Positions 60,146 to 64,000 of a stretch of 64,000 nt of DNA are shown here, piece by piece. The position numbers and the translations under genes are program-made. Below the pieces are notes generated by a model. The model worked only from the letters and a program-made list of their open reading frames with translations, was not told the origin of the DNA and did not search any database. Every line of letters starts with the position of its first letter. Position 1 is the first letter of the stretch. The stretch is from Cyanophora paradoxa CCMP329 (taxonomy: Eukaryota > Plantae > Glaucophyta). The stretch lies in assembly GCA_004431415.1 (NCBI GenBank), contig QPMI01000252.1, positions 38,309 to 102,308 of the forward strand, given 5' to 3'.

Positions 60146-62668
60146 ATGAGGGCACCGCTCCTAGCCATGGCTCGGGGGCCAGCGCCCTTATCTCATCGGT
60201 GCGTGGCCGGCCGGTCGTGTTTTGGCGCTTTCGCGCCCTCCTCGCGCCCGGCCGTGCGGTCACAGCTGCAGCTGGCCGCTGTCCGAAGTGGTCCAGAGCT
60301 GGCAGTCCATTCAACTCGAGCTCGTGCTGTCTTGCCAGTGCGCTTCGCCCGCAGATCATGGAGGCTCCACTGCGCAACCGCTGCCGCCCGCGGGAGCTGC
60401 TGGATCGGCAGGAGCTCGACCGAGTCAAGCGGCGGCGTGAGCGCTAGCGCTAGCGCTCTCCCTCGCTCGCCTCGACCTCCTGATCGGGGGCGCAGTCCTC
60501 GACGCGCGCACGGAGCTCGCGGAGTGCTGGACGGAGCTCGCCGACTGCAGCTCGGACGCTGCGCACGAGTACGCGTGCGGGAGAGCCCGCGTTGGTGTTC
60601 TCCTCGACCCGTCAGAGCCGCCAGCGGTCTACCACGTCGGCTGCCAGGTGCGCAGCTGCTCGGTCATCGCGCGCATGCGGATCCTGCCCGCATTGCCGAA
60701 GACCCACGCGGCTGATTTGCAGCCGCTTGGGGGAACTGTCTGCGGTCACGAAGCAAGCGGGACTGACAGTGACCGCGTTCGTCTCTCGCTCCCGGCGTGC
60801 GCCTTCTGCGTGAGCCACACGCAGACCCGCATCGTGCGCACGCGCCACGCGCGCGCGAGCCGAGTCGCCGCGCCGTCTGACGTCGCCTCGCCGGCGGAAG
60901 GGCGCGGGGGAGTGGGAGGCGGCGCTGGAAGAGGGTGCCGGCGGGGCGCGCTGGGCGCGGGGGCTCGGGGAGGCGCAGCGGCGCATGGCGGTGCACGCCT
61001 CGCCGTTCGGGGCCGAGTACCACACGCCGCACTGCCCGGACATCGCCGCCGCGCCCGTCCTCCTCGGCCCCCTCCCCGCCTCCGAGGCCGCACGCCTCGG
61101 CTTCGCGCCGTGTCCCCGGTGCGACGCGCCGTCGCCGGCGACCCCGCCATGCCACCCGCAAAGGCTGAGCCGACCCGCGCAGCTGCCTGAGGCCGGGGCG
61201 GGGGTCAGCGAGCCGGCGCCTTCGCCCGAGCCGGCGGCGGCGCGGGCGCTCGAGGCGCGGCAGCGCGCGCTGCTCGCCCCGCTGGGGCCCGCCCCTCCCG
61301 GGGCCCTCCCCCGGCGCCCCTGCTCGCCCTCGAGCTCCTCGCCGCGCTGCCCGGCGCCCCGCCGGCCCCGCACGCCGAGGCGCGGGGACGGCGCGGGGCC
61401 GCCTGGCCCTGCGCGAGTGCGCCCTGCTCGCCCCGGCGGCGCTGGGCCCCCCGCCCGCTTCCACTTCGACGCGGCCTGCCCCCTCCTCCGCCCCGCCGGC
61501 CCGCCCCTCCTCCTCGCCCCCTGCCCCACGCCGCCTTCGCCCCGCGCCTCCTCATCGCCCCGGTGCGGCCGCTCCTCCCGCTCCCGTCGCCTGGGGAGCG
61601 GGGCTGATGGCGGGGCGCAGCGGCTGCGGGCGCTCGAGGGCCGCTTCCGGCGGGCGGAGCGGCGGGCGGAGCGGGGGCGCCTGCGCGGGGCCCTCCACCG
61701 CTGGCGCGACGCCTCCCGCGCGATGGTCCCCGTCCCCCGCCCCGCGCCCCCGCCGCCCCTGAGGCCCCCGCAGGCCCTCTCCCGCCCCGCCCGCCTCCCG
61801 TCCAGCGTCGACGCCATCCCGCGGGGCCTCGTGCGCCCCGGCGGGTGCCCGCGGGGCTCCCGGGCCGGGGCGACGGGCGGGCAGGGGGCGGCGGGGCTGT
61901 GGAGCGGGGCGGCGGAGCCGGCGGAGGCGGGCTGGCTGCCGGCCGGCGCCTGGCCCGAGCACCTCCCCTTCGCCTCCTTCTTCCGGCCCCTCGCCCGCAT
62001 CCCCATCCCCGGACCCGCCCTCGCCCTCGCCCCGTCCGCCCTCTCCGCCCTAGCCGCCGCGGCTCTCGGCTGGGCCGCCGCCGCGCACGACGGCGCCCCG
62101 GGAAACTGGGACTGCAGCGCCGGCCTCTTCGCCCGCCTGCCCCGCCGCCCCGGCGCGCCCTGGGGCGGGCCCTCCTGCGGGGTGCCTTCCGGGGCGCGGG
62201 CTGCGGGTGGCGGCGGTGCAGGCGGCGCTGGGGCTGGAGCTGGTGGCGGGGCAGCGGGTGGCAGGGCGGGCCGGCTTCCTCGCCTGCGGCCCGCCGGCGC
62301 CCTCCACCTCCTCGAGCTCTCCGCCGGGGGCCCCGAGCCGCCCTTCAAGGCCGCCCTCGTCCGCCTCGTGCTCCTCGCCGCCTGCGTCCGCGCCGCCCAG
62401 CCCGGCGGCGGGGCCGCCGGCGCCCCCGCGTGCGAGCTGCTGCACGTGGAGGCGGAGGCGGAGGGCGGGGGGGCCCCGGGGCGACCCTCTGGCGCCTCGA
62501 CCTCTGCCCCGACGCCCTCAAGAGCCTCGCCACGGGCCGCTGCGGGCCCCGCCTCGCCGCCGCCGAGCCCCTCCTCGCCGCCGCCCTCTTCCCCGCCCCG
62601 CCCCCGCCCCGCTGGGCCCCCGAGCCCTAGCCCCGCCCCCGTCCTCTGCGCAGCGCAAGTGGATGTGA
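60146..62668 (+). CDS. Hypothetical protein with Ada-like metal-binding motif (boundaries approximate)
   Basis: GAEYHTPHCP..EAARLGFAPCPRC at ~61010-61125; last exon RKWM*. Confidence 0.45.
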
Positions 62669-62707
62669 AAAAGAAAGCGCTCCGCCAGCTGCAGCGCGGG
62701 GGCGGGC

Positions 62708-63509
62708 CTAGGGCCTGGCGGCGGCTGCGGGGGCGGGCGTGGCGGGGGCGGCGGGGGCGGGGCCGGGGCCGGCGTCGGGGTCCTCCTTGACCTCGTTGCC
62801 GTCGTCGTCGAGGTCGACCTCCTCGAACTCGTCGCCGCGGTGCACGTCGAGGATCGGGTCGTGCTCCAGCCGCTCGATCTCCGCCAGCGCGTCCTCCTCC
62901 TCCTCCTCCTCGTACTCCTCCTCGTCGTCCTCCTCCCCCTCCTCCCCCTCCTCCTCCTCCTCGAGCTCGCCCTCCTCGGCCTCGGCCGCCGCCAGCCCCG
63001 CCTCCTCCTCCTCCTCCTCCTCGCCCTCCTCGTGGGCGGGCCACTCGGCGGCGAGCTCGGCGCCGACGCGGTCGGGGTCGAGCGGGAGCGCGGCGTCGGC
63101 GGGCTGCGGCTGGAAGTACCACTGGAGGTCCGAGGCGGAGAGGGCCTCGAGGGCGGCCGGCTTCCACGCCGGCTTGCGGTCCTTGTCGACGAGCTGCGCC
63201 CGCACGCCCTCGTAGAAGTCGTCCCGCTTCATGAAGCGCTGCGCCAGGCGGAACTCGCGCTCCACGCACTCCTCCATGCTCAGCTGCTGCCCGCGCGCCT
63301 CGAGCAGCGCCCGCATGGTGACCTTGACGGCCGTCGGGCTCATCCGGCGGAGGGCCTGGGCGGTGGCGTCGCCCCACGCGCTGTTGAGCTTGGCGAGGCG
63401 CTGGAGGATCTCCTCCACCGTCCCCGCCGAGAAGGTCTCCCGCACCAGCTCCACCAGCTCGTCGAACGCCGCGTCCTCCTCTGCGCACCGTCGCACTCAG
63501 CGGGGGCCG

Positions 63510-63540
<31 letters not shown>

Positions 63541-63671
63541 GGGCGGGGGCGGGGCGGGGCGGGCCCTCGGCGGGGTGCGGCTCCTGGCTCATCTCGAGGA
63601 TGCGCTCAACGATGGCCGGCTCCGCCGACCGCGCCGCCCCAAACTGCACCTGCAGGTGCCACAGCCGCGAC
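62708..63671 (-). CDS. 3-hydroxyisobutyryl-CoA hydrolase-like (crotonase, ECH_2), 3' part only, with acidic tail
   Basis: TFSAGTVEEIL..MSPTAVKVT..EFRLAQRF..DFYEGVRAQLVDKDRKPAWKP; the gene continues beyond the window. Confidence 0.88.
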
Positions 63672-63762
63672 TGCGCCCCGCCCCCGCGTCGGCGGCCCCG
63701 CGCGGCGGAGCGGGCGGGGCGGGGAGGAAAGGGGGCAGGGCGCGGATGAAAAGGGGCGGTGC

Positions 63763-63826
63763 CTCAGATTTAAAAAGCTCGTGTGTGTTGTTGTTCAATC
63801 ACGTGGTCATCGAAACGTCGCATCAT
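63763..63826 (-). ncRNA. C/D-box snoRNA, U36/snR47-type 18S guide (copy 1)
   Basis: Minus strand reads AUGAUGC..AUGA..GUGAUUG..ACGAGCUUUUUAAAU-CUGA. It has 13-nt complementarity to the conserved 18S sequence UUAAAAAGCUCGU and a gtgcc/ggcac terminal stem. Confidence 0.85.
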
Positions 63827-63884
63827 GGGCACGGGAGACGGGAAGAGCGAAAGATGTAAATTGAAGAGGGCGAGCTGGGCCGAG

Positions 63885-63948
63885 CTCAGATTTAAAAAGC
63901 TCGTGTGTGTTGTTGTTCAATCACGTGGTCATCGAAACGTCGCATCAT
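63885..63948 (-). ncRNA. C/D-box snoRNA, identical 64-nt copy 2
   Basis: Exact repeat of 63763-63826; identity stops at the C and D boxes. Confidence 0.85.
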
Positions 63949-64000
63949 AGCGGGCCGGCAGCGCCTCAAACGGGAAAGAAACGGGAGGGAGAGAGAGAGA

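Noticed and set aside
446-63488. Many long Arg/Gly/Pro/Ala-rich ORFs (e.g. 60612-63488, 39312-41564, 3427-5580)
   Set aside because: Shadow frames caused by the scarcity of stops at extreme GC; they overlap recognisable spliced genes.
1030-63700. Alternative genetic code or programmed frameshifting to explain broken ORFs
   Set aside because: The breaks I traced in conserved genes resolve with GT-AG or GC-AG introns; in-frame TGA usually falls at the branch motif.
63763-63948. Direct repeat with spacer as a CRISPR array or LTR
   Set aside because: Only two 64-bp units, eukaryotic context, no cas genes; C/D boxes and rRNA complementarity explain it.

Overview
Very GC-rich, gene-dense, intron-rich eukaryotic nuclear DNA carrying about 27 protein-coding genes, split by many short introns (mostly ~55-100 nt). 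Most long ORFs in the supplied track are GC-driven shadow or read-through frames, so I rebuilt the genes by splicing by eye. Phe-initiated plastid leaders (MAF/MLAF/MLF), cyanobacterial-type genes and a flagellar dynein subunit point to a glaucophyte alga (Cyanophora-like); this is an inference. Recognisable genes: DUF493, DUF6737, MAPEG, Deg protease, WD40, TFIP11, F-box/LRR, CYP710, KdsB, SET, seipin, DHCR7, nocturnin-like, TKL kinase, SWIB, DNAI7/CASC1, TrpB2, LpxA, DUF3501, AUR1-like, and the 3' part of a HIBCH-like gene with two intronic C/D snoRNA copies (U36/snR47-type 18S guide). The most striking non-gene structure is a strand-symmetric alternation of G-rich and C-rich blocks. It controls synonymous codon choice and places introns at the C-to-G switches. 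These introns often use GC donors, have a G(T/C)SCGC donor consensus and carry a G-tract in place of a polypyrimidine tract. Also notable: two related palindrome/micro-duplication islands between convergent genes, TAGCTA/GCTAGC clusters at gene edges, and near-strict alternation of gene orientation. Gene ends marked approximate are uncertain.
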